Positions 1-9,921 of a DNA stretch of 64,000 nucleotides are shown here, piece by piece; position 1 is the stretch's first letter, and every line of letters starts with the position of its first letter. Made by a program: the position numbers and the translations under genes. This stretch comes from Acidimicrobiales bacterium. Its GTDB lineage: Bacteria; Actinomycetota; Acidimicrobiia; Acidimicrobiales; RAAP-2. Where the stretch lies: positions 1,702 to 65,701 of the forward strand of contig JBKQUM010000138.1 of assembly GCA_052140165.1 (NCBI GenBank), written 5' to 3'. The notes under the pieces were generated by a model that saw nothing but the letters and a program-made list of their open reading frames with translations, was not told where the DNA came from and ran no database searches.

Positions 1-23
1 GCGTTTCGTGAGACCGGCTGATG

Positions 24-557
24 TCACGAGAACGCCGCGATGACCCCTCGCAACCTCTCGGCGTTCTCCCCCAGACCGTCCGTCGCCTGGAGGACCAGAT
101 CCACGTCGCCGGGAGGCACCCACGACGCTCTGGAGCGTTCGACGTGGTCCCAGTCGAGCTCGTACCAGTTCGGAATCTGGCGCTGACGGCCCTCGACCCG
201 GGAGCGGTGGATCACCGGATCTGGGCACGTGGTCATGACCACGAGGCACCGGGCGGACTCCTCGGCGGCCACGAGGCGGGTTCCCTCCACCTCCGGGGAA
301 CGTGCCACGCCGTCGAGCACGACCGATGACCCCATCCTGAGCTGCGCCCGCGCCAGAGCCCACATGATCGACCACCCGACGACGCGATGTCCCGGCGGAT
401 CCATCGCGTCGAGCGCCACCTGAACCTCAGGGTAAGGGCGGAGTGCGCTCATCGCCCAATCGTGGCCCAGCACGGGAGCCCCCAACTCCCGCGCCGCGAC
501 GTCCGCCATGGTGGATTTGCCCGTTGCCTGAAGGCCCGTGACCAGTACGAGGAGCAT
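24..557 (-). CDS. P-loop NTPase, small AAA-type kinase-like ATPase
   Basis: 177-aa ORF with N-terminal Walker A (VTGLQATGKST). Size and layout fit small AAA-family kinases. GC3-rich codons. Confidence 0.7.
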   Translation of the reverse strand: MLLVLVTGLQATGKSTMADVAARELGAPVLGHDWAMSALRPYPEVQVALDAMDPPGHRVVGWSIMWALARAQLRMGSSVVLDGVARSPEVEGTRLVAAEESARCLVVMTTCPDPVIHRSRVEGRQRQIPNWYELDWDHVERSRASWVPPGDVDLVLQATDGLGENAERLRGVIAAFS

Positions 558-650
558 CGTCCGCCTCTTCCATGCTCCGATCGGAAACGGCGGCCGGCGT
601 CGACAGGGAGACTACGGATCGAAACGGGTATGGACTCCGGCGACCCCTGG

Positions 651-1088
651 CTAGTCGGTCTTGACGACGAGCACGGCGCAATGCGCCGCGTGGGCCACCG
701 AGTTGGGCACGCTGCCGAGATAGCGCCGCGCCCCCCGCATGCCCTTGCTGCCGACGACGATCAGGTCGGCCCCGACGTCGGCGGCCGCGCCGAGGATCAC
801 GTCGTCGGCGTTGCCCTGCGCTGCGTGCGCCTCGGCCTTCAACCCCTCGCCGAACTTCTCGATGGCGCTTTCCCCCACGGCCTTGGCCGCCTCCTCGACC
901 ATGGCCTGGCCCATGCCGGTGTCGACCAGCGGGGCGCCCGTCGCGGCCGCCATGCCGGAGCCGGGTGAGCGCACGGCGGTCACGATGTGCAGCTCCGAGC
1001 CCCACGAGCGGGCAATGTCCGCGGCGGCCTGGACCGCCTTCTCGGCGGTGGGAGAGCCGTCGGTTCCGACCACGACAATCTTGTACAT
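651..1088 (-). CDS. universal stress protein (UspA family)
   Basis: Starts MYKIVVVGTDGS and ends with the Usp ATP-binding motif GSKGMRG..LGSVPNSVAHAAHCAVLVV. The ORF-track start at 1136 was trimmed to the internal ATG at 1088. Confidence 0.85.
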   Translation of the reverse strand: MYKIVVVGTDGSPTAEKAVQAAADIARSWGSELHIVTAVRSPGSGMAAATGAPLVDTGMGQAMVEEAAKAVGESAIEKFGEGLKAEAHAAQGNADDVILGAAADVGADLIVVGSKGMRGARRYLGSVPNSVAHAAHCAVLVVKTD

Positions 1089-1148
1089 AGGTTCGTCCCC
1101 TTCTCCGCCGGAGCGCTCAGCGTAGCTGGACCGCACGCACCTGTCCGC

Positions 1149-1520
1149 TCAATCCGCCAGGGCGCCGTACGCCGCTTCCCAGACGTCCACGAAGTGGACC
1201 GGCGGGTCCGGCGAGGTCATTGCCCGCGTGGTCAGCAGGATGCCGGTGATCCCGCGTACGGGATCGGTCGACCACACCGTGCCGGTGCCTCCGTTCCAGC
1301 CGAAGCCCCGCGGAATCGGTGGCTCCCCGCTCACGGGTCCCGGCGCGGCCATGCAGTAGCCCCACCCCCCGTGCGCTCCGAGGAAGAGGAGGGCTGACGC
1401 CCGCCGCGTTCGGGCCGAGAGGCGGTCGTGCAGGCCGCGCAGGCCGGCGGCGTCCAAGCCTGGGGTGACGGTCACGGCGCGAGCGGCGCCGGTCGGCGAG
1501 CCATGCCGGGTGACGCTCAC
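1149..1520 (-). pseudogene. C-terminal fragment of a serine hydrolase (beta-lactamase/PBP4-like family)
   Basis: The 123-aa ORF carries only the C-terminal family signature (FGWNGGTGTVWSTDPVRGITGILLTT). The N-terminal SxxK catalytic part is absent, and the upstream space is taken by a gene on the opposite strand. Confidence 0.5.
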
Positions 1521-1534
1521 GGTAGGGTGCGGGC

Positions 1535-1960
1535 ATGGCGGCGTTCAGCGACGTCGAGCGGGTGGTCTCGTCGCTGCCCGAGGTGACCGAGGGCCGGCGG
1601 CACGGCAACCGGACGTGGTTCGTGGGCGGCACGGCGTTCGCCTGGGAACGCCCGTTCTCCAAGGCCGACCTGAAGCGCTTCGGAGACACCGAGCCCCCAC
1701 CCGGTCCGATTCTGGCCCTGCGCACCGCCGACCTGTCCGACAAGGAAGCCGTGCTGGCCACCGGTGCGAAGGGCTTCTTCACCATCCCCCACTTCGACGG
1801 CTACGCGGCGGTCCTGGTCGCGCTGCGCGCCGTCACGATGAAGCAGCTGCGCGAGACGATCGAGGATGCGTGGCTGGCTGCGGCGCCCGAGCGCCTCTCG
1901 AGGGCGTACCTGGCGGGCAGCGAGGCCCTCAGACCCTGGGCACGCCGCACGAGTCGTTGA
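1535..1960 (+). CDS. MmcQ/YjbR-family protein
   Basis: 141-aa ORF. C-terminal [17 protein letters not shown] and overall length resemble YjbR/MmcQ-type proteins. Confidence 0.6.
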   Translation: MAAFSDVERVVSSLPEVTEGRRHGNRTWFVGGTAFAWERPFSKADLKRFGDTEPPPGPILALRTADLSDKEAVLATGAKGFFTIPHFDGYAAVLVALRAVTMKQLRETIEDAWLAAAPERLSRAYLAGSEALRPWARRTSR

Positions 1961-2654
1961 AGCGCAGCAGCACCCAGCGGTCCTCCGCCGGCACCCATTC
2001 CCACTCGGTCATGGACGCGTGCACGATGCGCACCCAGCCCCGCCGGTAGATCTCGGGCGGCACGCCGAGGAACCGGATCATGCAGGCCTCGATGACCCCT
2101 GCGTGCACGGCCGCCACCACCAGCTCCCCCGGATGACGGCCGACCACCTCCCGCACGGCGTCGGAGGCCCGCACGACGAACTCGGACCAGCTCTCACCAC
2201 CCGGCGCGATGGGGATGCCCGGGTCTCGGTCCCAGTCCGGCACCCCGAAGGCCTCGACCACCTCCTCCCACGGCATGCCGTCGCACTGGCCCGGGTGCAG
2301 CTCGCACAGATCGCAGCGCTGCACGACCGGCCCGAGGGCCTTGGGCCCCGACCCCACCACCGGCCGCAGGCGCTCCGCCGTCTCCACGGCGCGCGGCAGG
2401 ACCGAGGAGTACAGGGCCGTCGCCTCGCGCAGCTCGCCGCTCTCGTAGAGGCGGTCGGCCAGCGCCGCTATCTGCCGGCGCCCCAGGTCCGTGAGGCCCG
2501 TGCAGCCCTTGAGCCCGCCCACGACGCGGTTGATGTTGCACTCCGCCTCGCCGTGGCGCACCAGCACGATGCGCGACGCGTCGTCGGCGGGCGGAAAGAT
2601 GCGCAGGACACCGGCGTGGGCCCGGTCGTCGGCCTCCGCGCTGACCGTGCTCAC
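1929..2654 (-). CDS. histidine phosphatase family protein (phosphoglycerate-mutase-like)
   Basis: Has the RHGE catalytic motif ([12 protein letters not shown]) and a later His motif (AAVHAGV). The start is set at GTG 2654, which overlaps the upstream stop as GTGA. Confidence 0.8.
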   Translation of the reverse strand: MSTVSAEADDRAHAGVLRIFPPADDASRIVLVRHGEAECNINRVVGGLKGCTGLTDLGRRQIAALADRLYESGELREATALYSSVLPRAVETAERLRPVVGSGPKALGPVVQRCDLCELHPGQCDGMPWEEVVEAFGVPDWDRDPGIPIAPGGESWSEFVVRASDAVREVVGRHPGELVVAAVHAGVIEACMIRFLGVPPEIYRRGWVRIVHASMTEWEWVPAEDRWVLLRFNDSCGVPRV

Positions 2655-4108
2655 GCCAGGTTCCCGACGAAGTGCTCGAGCTGCCGGAGCGTCCGGCACT
2701 CCACCACGTCGTCGCAATGCGCCGCGTACTCGCCCACGATCGAGTCGCCCGATCCCCAGTAGTCACGCGGCTCGGGATTCAGCCAGTAGACGTGACGAGC
2801 CCTGGCCTGCAGGTCCTCGAGCACCCACGATCCCGAGGCGTGGTAGTTGTTGCGCGCGTCGCCCAGCACCATGACGCTCGAGCGTGAGTTCACCTGGTCC
2901 CCCCAGCGCCGGTGGAACTCGCTGAGCGCGTGGCCGTAGTCGGAATGGCCGTCGACCCAGATGACGTCCGCCTCCAGGTTGATGCGAGCCACCGCCTCGG
3001 CGGGGTCGACCACCCCCTCGAAGAACCGAGTCACCTCGTCGATCCCGTCGACGAACACGAAGCTGCGGACCTTCGAGAACTGCGAGGAGATCGCGTAGAC
3101 CAGGTGCAGGGTGAAGCGGGCGAAGCTGGCCACCGAGCCGGAGATGTCGGCGATCACGAAGATCTCGGGCTTGGCCGGGCGTGGGTGCCGGAAGCGCGGC
3201 TCAATGGGGACGCCACCGGTCGACAGCGACCGCCGCATGGTGGCGCGGAAGTCCAGAGGGCCCTTGCGCCCGTGGCGGCGCTTGCGGGCCAGACGCACGG
3301 CCAGCTTGCGGGAGAGCGGCTGCAGGGTGCGGTGCAGCAAGGCCAGCTCCTCGCGGGTGGCGTGCATGACGTCGATGTCCTCGGGCAGCGGCTTGCGCAC
3401 GGAACGGGCCAGGGCCTCGGCGCCGCGGTCCTCCACCAGGCGCCGGCGGATCTCGGTCTCGACGGCCCGGCGGAACTTCTCGATGCGCGCCTTGAACTCG
3501 TCCGCTGCCAGGCGCTCCTCGAGCTCGGTGAGCGCCCCGCCCGCGGCGCCCGCCTGCGCCTGGCCCATGAGCTTCTCCAGCACCGCGTCGAGGTCCAGGT
3601 TCCGCAGCGTGCGGTACAGGTAGTAGGTGCCTCCCACCGGGCGTCCGGGCTCCATGCCGGCATAGCGGTCGACCGCGTTGCGGGCCACGGCGTTCATGAG
3701 CGCAGCGTCGGCGGAGAGCAACGACTTGAAGAGCAGCTCGGCCAGCTCCTCGGGCGTCATCCCCTCGCCCGACCCGCCCCCCTTCCACGAGCGACCCTGG
3801 CCCTGCATGCCCCCCTGGCCCGCCTGCTCTCGGTCGCTCTCGGCGCCCTCCTCGCCGCCTTCCTCGCCCTCGTCCCCGGCACCGGCGCCGCCGGTCCGCA
3901 CGGCGAAGAACACCTCGAAGGCCGTCTCGAAGGCACGCCAGTGCGCCGACGACTTCACGAGCGTGGCGGCCAGCGCGTACTTCAGCGCCTCGCGGTCCTC
4001 CAGCGGTATGTGCTTGACCGCCTCGGCCGCATCGAGGTGCTCGGTGAGCGACACGGGCAGTCCGGAACGGCGCAGCTCGGTGACGAACCCGGAGAGGAGG
4101 TCGAGCAC
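2651..4108 (-). CDS. VWA domain-containing CoxE-like protein
   Basis: N-terminus FVTELRRSGLPVSLTEHLDA, an acidic/Gly-rich linker, and a C-terminal VWA with a MIDAS-like DISGS motif. It lies directly downstream of a MoxR ATPase. Confidence 0.85.
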   Translation of the reverse strand: MLDLLSGFVTELRRSGLPVSLTEHLDAAEAVKHIPLEDREALKYALAATLVKSSAHWRAFETAFEVFFAVRTGGAGAGDEGEEGGEEGAESDREQAGQGGMQGQGRSWKGGGSGEGMTPEELAELLFKSLLSADAALMNAVARNAVDRYAGMEPGRPVGGTYYLYRTLRNLDLDAVLEKLMGQAQAGAAGGALTELEERLAADEFKARIEKFRRAVETEIRRRLVEDRGAEALARSVRKPLPEDIDVMHATREELALLHRTLQPLSRKLAVRLARKRRHGRKGPLDFRATMRRSLSTGGVPIEPRFRHPRPAKPEIFVIADISGSVASFARFTLHLVYAISSQFSKVRSFVFVDGIDEVTRFFEGVVDPAEAVARINLEADVIWVDGHSDYGHALSEFHRRWGDQVNSRSSVMVLGDARNNYHASGSWVLEDLQARARHVYWLNPEPRDYWGSGDSIVGEYAAHCDDVVECRTLRQLEHFVGNLA

Positions 4109-4115
4109 GTGCGCC

Positions 4116-5045
4116 TCAGTTCGAGGAGGCCGACAGCAGCTCCTTGGTGGCCCGCTCGATATCGGCTTGGTACTTCAACAGGATGTGCAGCGTGTCCTTC
4201 GCTCCCGCGGCATCGATCGTCTCCACGCCGAGCAGCACGAGCGTGCGGGCCCAGTCCAGTGTCTCGGAGACGGACGGTGCCTTGCGGAGCTCGATCGTGC
4301 GCAACGAGCGCACGATCCGGGCCACCTGGTCGGCCAGCTCCTCGCTGATGCCGGGCACCTTGGCCCGGACGATCTCGCGCTCGCGGTCGAGCTCGGGGTA
4401 GTCGACGTGCAGGTACAGGCAGCGCCGCTTCAGTGCCTCGGAGAGCTCGCGGGTGTTGTTCGACGTGAGGAACACCATGGGCAGCTGCGTGGCCCGCACG
4501 GTACCGAGCTCGGGGATGGAGACCTGGTACTCGGAGAGGATCTCGAGGAGCAGCGCCTCGGTCTCGAGCTCGACGCGGTCCACCTCGTCGACGAGGAGCA
4601 CCACCGGTTCGGTGGCGCGGATCGCCTCGAGCAGCGGGCGGGTCAGGAGGAAGTCCTCGGAGAAGATGTCCTCTTCGAGCTCGGACCAGCTCGGGCCCTC
4701 CTCCTCCGCCTTGCCGTGCTCCCCCGCCTGAATCCGCAGCAGCTGCTTGCGGTAGTTCCACTCGTAGAGCGCCTTGGACTCGTCGAGGCCCTCGTAACAC
4801 TGGAGCCTGATCAGCCGCGCCCCCGTGAGATCCGCCACCGACTTGGCCAGTTGCGTCTTCCCGGTCCCCGCTGGGCCCTCGACGAGCACCGGCTTGGCCA
4901 GCCGGTCGGCCAGGAAGACGACGCCGCTGATCGAATCGTCCGCCAGGTACCCGACCCGGGCCAGGCCGCCCCGCACCGCGTCCAGCGACTCGAACCGGGG
5001 AGGCCCCGATTCGGGCAGTCCCAATGCTGCGTTCCCTTCACTCAC
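4116..5045 (-). CDS. MoxR/CoxD-like AAA+ ATPase
   Basis: Walker A GPAGTGKT, Walker B VLLVDEVDR, and the typical MoxR length of 309 aa. Confidence 0.9.
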   Translation of the reverse strand: MSEGNAALGLPESGPPRFESLDAVRGGLARVGYLADDSISGVVFLADRLAKPVLVEGPAGTGKTQLAKSVADLTGARLIRLQCYEGLDESKALYEWNYRKQLLRIQAGEHGKAEEEGPSWSELEEDIFSEDFLLTRPLLEAIRATEPVVLLVDEVDRVELETEALLLEILSEYQVSIPELGTVRATQLPMVFLTSNNTRELSEALKRRCLYLHVDYPELDREREIVRAKVPGISEELADQVARIVRSLRTIELRKAPSVSETLDWARTLVLLGVETIDAAGAKDTLHILLKYQADIERATKELLSASSN

Positions 5046-6295
5046 CGGCGTACCTGCCCGTCACCGCGCACGACCCACTTCAACGTCGTCAACTCCTTCA
5101 CTCCCATGGGGCCGCGGGCGTGCAGCTTCTGGGTGGAGATCCCCACCTCGGCGCCGAGCCCGAGCTCCTCACCGTCGACGAACCTCGTCGACGCGTTCAC
5201 CAGCACCGCCGCGCCGTCGACCTCGGCCACGAAGCGGTCCGCCACTCTCACGTCGGAGGTGACGATGGCCTCGGAGTGGCCCGAGCTGTAACGGTCGATG
5301 TGCGCAATGGCGTCGCCGACGTCGTCGACCATCCCGATCGCCACCACCGGCCCCAGGAATTCCATGGCGAAATCGCTTTCCATGGCGGGCACGGCATCGG
5401 GCACCAGGGCCCGCACGCGCTCGTCGGCCCTGATCTCCACCTCGGCGGCGGCGAGGGAGTCCGCCAGGCGTGGAAGGAAGTCCTCCGCCACGTCCGCATG
5501 CACCAGGATGGTCTCGACTGCATTGCAGACCCCGAAGCGATGCGTCTTGGCGTTGACCGCGAGCTCGTGCGCCATGGCCAGATCGGCCGCGCCGTCGACG
5601 TACAGGTGGCAATTCCCGTCACCGTCGAGCACGTAGGGCACCGTGGCGTGCTCGACCAGCGACTCAATCAGCGACCGCCCTCCGCGCGGGATCAGACAGT
5701 CGATCAGCCCGCGCAATTGCATGAAGGCGATCGCCGTCTCGTGGGACGTGTCCTCCACCAGGGCAACGGCGTCCTCGGGCAGCCCCGCCTTGACGGCGGC
5801 ACGGCGCAGCAGCGCCACGATGGCCCGGTTGGATTCGATGGCGGAGGACGAGCCGCGCAGGAACGCCGCGTTCCCCGCCTTGAGGCACAGGCCGGCAGCA
5901 TCACTCGTGACGTTGGGCCGGTTCTCGTAGATCACGCCGACCACTCCGAGCGGTACCCGCACCCGCGTCACTCGCAGACCGTTGGGTCGCACCCATCCCT
6001 CGGTGACCTCCCCCACCGGGTCCGGCAACGCCGCCACCTTGCGCAGGCCGCGCGCCATGCCCCGTACCCGGTCCTTGCTCAGGCGCAGCCGGTCCCGGGC
6101 CGCCTCGGTCATGCCGGCCGCCTCTGCCCGCTCCAGGTCGGCCCTGTTGGCCGCCACCAGCGAGGACCGCTCGTCCTCCAGGAGGTCGGCCGCCAGGCGC
6201 AGTGCGTCGTCACGGACGGAGCTGGGCGACCGCGCCACCACTCGCGCCGCTGCGTGGACGCGGCCCGCGAGCTGCTCCAATGCAGGCGAGGTCAT
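5042..6295 (-). CDS. proA: glutamate-5-semialdehyde dehydrogenase
   Basis: 417 aa. ALDH-like fold with ProA signatures (VIYENRPNVT, CNAVETILVH). Located next to proB. Confidence 0.95.
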   Translation of the reverse strand: MTSPALEQLAGRVHAAARVVARSPSSVRDDALRLAADLLEDERSSLVAANRADLERAEAAGMTEAARDRLRLSKDRVRGMARGLRKVAALPDPVGEVTEGWVRPNGLRVTRVRVPLGVVGVIYENRPNVTSDAAGLCLKAGNAAFLRGSSSAIESNRAIVALLRRAAVKAGLPEDAVALVEDTSHETAIAFMQLRGLIDCLIPRGGRSLIESLVEHATVPYVLDGDGNCHLYVDGAADLAMAHELAVNAKTHRFGVCNAVETILVHADVAEDFLPRLADSLAAAEVEIRADERVRALVPDAVPAMESDFAMEFLGPVVAIGMVDDVGDAIAHIDRYSSGHSEAIVTSDVRVADRFVAEVDGAAVLVNASTRFVDGEELGLGAEVGISTQKLHARGPMGVKELTTLKWVVRGDGQVRR

Positions 6296-6299
6296 CGGG

Positions 6300-7346
6300 T
6301 CAGGTTACAAGGACCAGGTCGTCCCGGTGGACGACGACCTGGCTGCGCCCTCCCATCCACTCCCCCGACCGCTCCGCGTGGAGCCGGACCAGGCCCTTGG
6401 CGAAGACCCTCCCGTCGGGCCCGGCGATCTCGACGGCGTCCTCGGGCCGGAAGCTGCCGCTGACCGCAATGACACCCGCGGCCAGGAGCGAGCGCCCACG
6501 CTCGGTCAGCGCCGTCCGGGCCCCCTCGTCGACCGTGAGGCTCCCCGAGGAGCCCAGGGCGAAGGCGATCCACAGCTTGCGCGCCGAGAGCCGGGCTTTC
6601 CGGGCCCGGAACACCGTCCCGACCCCTGACTCCCCGGCCAGCGCGGCGGCGAGCACGCCCGGGCGCCCCGCGTCCGCGATCACCGTCTGCACGCCCGACC
6701 AGGTGGCGATCTTGGCCGCGGCCAGCTTCGAGGCCATGCCGCCGCTGCCGAGCGTGCTGCCGGGCCCGCCCGCCAGACGCTCCAGCTGGTGGTCGATCTC
6801 GACGACCTCCTCAATGAGCGACGCCTCGGTGTCCCGGCGGGGATCGGCGGTCAGCAGGCCCGGCGTGTCGGTGAGCAGCACGAGCAGCTCCGCGCCGACA
6901 AGGTGCGCCACGAGTGCGGCCAGGCGGTCGTTGTCGCCGAAGCGGATCTCCTCGTCCGCCACGGCGTCGTTCTCGTTGACGACGGGGACCACGCCGAGGT
7001 CGACCAGGTGGCGCAGCGTCCCGCGCGCGTGCAGGTACTGGGTGCGGTGCACGAAGTCGAGCGGCGCCAGGAGCACCTGGCCCGCCAGCAGCCCATGGGT
7101 GTCGAGACCGTCCTGCCACAGGCGCATGAGGCGGTGTTGGCCCACGGCGGAGACCGCCTGGAGGACCGCCGGGTCCGACGGCCGCTGCTCCCCGCGCCCG
7201 AGCGCCGCCCAGCCGGCGGCGATGGCGCCGGAGGTGACCACCACCACGGTGTGACCGGCGACGCGCGCCGCGGCGACCTCGTCGCACAACCTGGTCACCG
7301 TCTCCTCCGTGACCGACGAGGAGCCCACCTTGACGACGGCGATCAC
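6300..7346 (-). CDS. proB: glutamate 5-kinase with PUA domain
   Basis: N-terminus VVKVGSSSVT, the VPVVNENDAV motif, and a C-terminal PUA-like segment. Confidence 0.95.
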   Translation of the reverse strand: MIAVVKVGSSSVTEETVTRLCDEVAAARVAGHTVVVVTSGAIAAGWAALGRGEQRPSDPAVLQAVSAVGQHRLMRLWQDGLDTHGLLAGQVLLAPLDFVHRTQYLHARGTLRHLVDLGVVPVVNENDAVADEEIRFGDNDRLAALVAHLVGAELLVLLTDTPGLLTADPRRDTEASLIEEVVEIDHQLERLAGGPGSTLGSGGMASKLAAAKIATWSGVQTVIADAGRPGVLAAALAGESGVGTVFRARKARLSARKLWIAFALGSSGSLTVDEGARTALTERGRSLLAAGVIAVSGSFRPEDAVEIAGPDGRVFAKGLVRLHAERSGEWMGGRSQVVVHRDDLVLVT

Positions 7347-8605
7347 GAATCCTCCCCCCAGGTGAAGGTCATGGTGCCGACCGTCACCTCGTCGCCGTCG
7401 CGCACGCCCGCCCGGGCCAGGGCGCGATCGACCCCGAGCCGCCGCAGCCGGCGCACCGCCTCGGCTTGCGCGCCCACGTCGTTGAGGTCCGACAGCGCGA
7501 CCGCACGCTCGGCGACCCGGCCGACCACCACCCAGGCGCCGTCACCGGAGCGCCGGACGTCCACGCCCTCGGGCACGGGCCGATGCACGACGATCTCGCT
7601 CGAGGCCACCGAGGCCTCCTCGGCCCGCATCTCCTGCACGATGCCCGCGAGGCGCTCGACCAGAACGCCGACGCCCTCGCCGGTCGCCGCCGAGAGCACC
7701 AGGTCGCTCACACCCTCGTCGTCGGACGCGACATCGGCCTTGCTGCCCACCACCACGCGCGGGCGGTCGAGCAGCTCGGGACGGTAGGAACCGAGCTCGG
7801 AGAGCAAAATGCGCAGTTGCGTCGACGGCGCGTCGCCCCCGAGCGCGGGCGCGGCGAGGTCGAGCAGCACCACCAGCACCCGCGCCCTCTCGATGTGGCG
7901 CAGGAACTGGTGCCCCAGGCCCTTGCCCCCGGCCGCGCCCTCGACCAGCCCGGGGATGTCGGCCATGACGAACACGGTGCCATCGCGCACCCCGCCCACC
8001 CGGACCACGCCCAGGTGCGGCTCCAGGGTGGTGAACGGGTAGTCCGCGATCTTCGGCTTGGCGGCCGACACGGTCGAGATCAGCGTGGACTTGCCCGCGT
8101 TGGGGAAGCCGACCAGCGCAACGTCGGCCATCAGCTTGAGCTCCATGTCGAGCCAGAACTCCTGTCCCTTCTCCCCCTGCTCGGCGAAGGCGGGAGCCCG
8201 CCGCTTGTTGGACAGGAAGCGAGCGTTGCCCCGCCCCCCCTGGCCCCCCTCGGCCACCATGAACCGGGCACCCTCGGTCGCCAGATCGCAGACCACCACA
8301 CCGTCCCGGTCGCGCACGACGGTGCCCACGGGTACTGGCACCTCCAGGTCCTTGCCGCGGGCGCCGTGCCGCTTGGAACCCGAGCCGTGCACGCCGTCGG
8401 TGGCGCGCCGGAACGGATGGTCGCGGAAGCCCAACAGCGACGACTCGTTCACCGACGCCACCAGCCACACGTCACCGCCGTGGCCTCCGTCGCCCCCGTC
8501 GGGCCCACCGCGGTCCACGTGGGCCTCGCGGCGCCACGACACTGCCCCGGCTCCCCCGTCGCCGGCGCGCGCGTGCAGCTGGGCCTGGTCGACGAATCCG
8601 GGCAT
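7343..8605 (-). CDS. obg: GTPase Obg/CgtA
   Basis: Gly-rich Obg fold (GGPDGGDGGHGGDV), G1 GFPNAGKST, G3 DIPGL, and a C-terminal Obg_CT-like tail. Confidence 0.95.
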   Translation of the reverse strand: MPGFVDQAQLHARAGDGGAGAVSWRREAHVDRGGPDGGDGGHGGDVWLVASVNESSLLGFRDHPFRRATDGVHGSGSKRHGARGKDLEVPVPVGTVVRDRDGVVVCDLATEGARFMVAEGGQGGRGNARFLSNKRRAPAFAEQGEKGQEFWLDMELKLMADVALVGFPNAGKSTLISTVSAAKPKIADYPFTTLEPHLGVVRVGGVRDGTVFVMADIPGLVEGAAGGKGLGHQFLRHIERARVLVVLLDLAAPALGGDAPSTQLRILLSELGSYRPELLDRPRVVVGSKADVASDDEGVSDLVLSAATGEGVGVLVERLAGIVQEMRAEEASVASSEIVVHRPVPEGVDVRRSGDGAWVVVGRVAERAVALSDLNDVGAQAEAVRRLRRLGVDRALARAGVRDGDEVTVGTMTFTWGEDS

Positions 8606-8616
8606 AGGGGGAGAGC

Positions 8617-9921
8617 CTAAGAGCCGAGCAGACGGCGGGCGCGCTGCCCGACCTCGGCCCGGGCCTGCTCACCGTCGATCCGGGTGCACCGGCCCCCCTC
8701 GACGACGCCGACCCCGCCGACCCAGACGTCGGTCACCAGGTACCCCGCCCCTGCCCAGACGAGGTGACCGAGGAGCTCGGCGTCGGTGACGGAGGGTGTG
8801 AACCGCGCGTCGTCGGTGCGCAGGTGGATCAGGTCTGCCGGCCGGCCCACCTCGAGCGAGCCCACCGGGAGGCCCAATGCCTCGCCACCACCCCTGGTGG
8901 CGAGGCGCAGCGCCCCGGCCGAGGTCACCGCACCCGGATCGGTCGCGGTGGCGCGCGCCAACAGGGCCGCGAGCCGCATCTCGTCCCACAGGTGCAGGTC
9001 GTCGTTGGAGGCGGGTCCGTCGGTGCCGATGCCGACCCGCACCCCCCGGTCGAGCAGCGCGCGCAGCGGCGCGATGCCCGCCCCCAGCTTCCCGTTGGAG
9101 CCCGGGCAGTGCGCCACTGCCACGTCGTGGCCGGCCAGGATCGCCAGGTCTGCCTCGTCGAGCCACACCGAGTGGGCCGCCAGGACGCGGCCGTCGAGGG
9201 CTCCCTCGGACTCCAGCACGGCGGGCGCGCTCATTCTGTAGCGTTCGCGCACCTGCTCGCACTCGGACACCGTCTCCGAGAGGTGGATCTGCATCAGCGC
9301 GTCGCGCCGTTGCGCTTCTCCTGCAATCTCGCGCAGCCCCTCACGCGGCACCGTGTAGACGGCATGGGGCCCGAAGCCCAGGTGCAGCCGGCCCTCCCTG
9401 CCCTCCATCGCGTCGAACAGCCGGCACGCCTCCCCGAGGAGATCCTCCCACCCGTTCCCGGGTGCCCCGGGCACGTCGAAGATCCCCGGCGTGTACACGG
9501 CCCGGATCCCCGAGTCGATCACGGCCTCGGTGACCGCGCCGGGATGGCGGTACTGCTCGCACGTGGTCGTGACGCCGTTGCAGAGCAGCTCGGCCGCGCC
9601 GAGTGCCATGCCCCAGTACACGTCGTCGTCCTCGAGCAGCGCCTCACGCGGCCAGACGGTCTCGCTCAGCCAGCGGTCCAGGGGCAGCCCGTCCCCCGCG
9701 CTGCGCACCAGGGTCATCGGGGAGTGACCGTGGCAATTCACGAGGCCGGGCATCAGCAGGCCGCCGAGCTGACGCACCTCCGTCCCCACGGCCGCCGGCA
9801 CCTGCCAGGGGTCACCGACCCATGTGATCAGCCCGTCCTCGAATTCGACCGCACCCGGGAGCAGCATGGTGTCCCCGGCGTCGACGGTGAAGACGGCGTC
9901 GGCCACCAGCCGCAGCGTCAT
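8617..9921 (-). CDS. amidohydrolase, MTA/SAH- or chlorohydrolase/deaminase-like
   Basis: Metal-ligand motifs HGHSPMT, HLSET, HCPGSN and GTDGPASN are typical of the MtaD/TRZ/ATZ deaminase family. The start overlaps the upstream stop as ATGA. Confidence 0.8.
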   Translation of the reverse strand: MTLRLVADAVFTVDAGDTMLLPGAVEFEDGLITWVGDPWQVPAAVGTEVRQLGGLLMPGLVNCHGHSPMTLVRSAGDGLPLDRWLSETVWPREALLEDDDVYWGMALGAAELLCNGVTTTCEQYRHPGAVTEAVIDSGIRAVYTPGIFDVPGAPGNGWEDLLGEACRLFDAMEGREGRLHLGFGPHAVYTVPREGLREIAGEAQRRDALMQIHLSETVSECEQVRERYRMSAPAVLESEGALDGRVLAAHSVWLDEADLAILAGHDVAVAHCPGSNGKLGAGIAPLRALLDRGVRVGIGTDGPASNDDLHLWDEMRLAALLARATATDPGAVTSAGALRLATRGGGEALGLPVGSLEVGRPADLIHLRTDDARFTPSVTDAELLGHLVWAGAGYLVTDVWVGGVGVVEGGRCTRIDGEQARAEVGQRARRLLGS

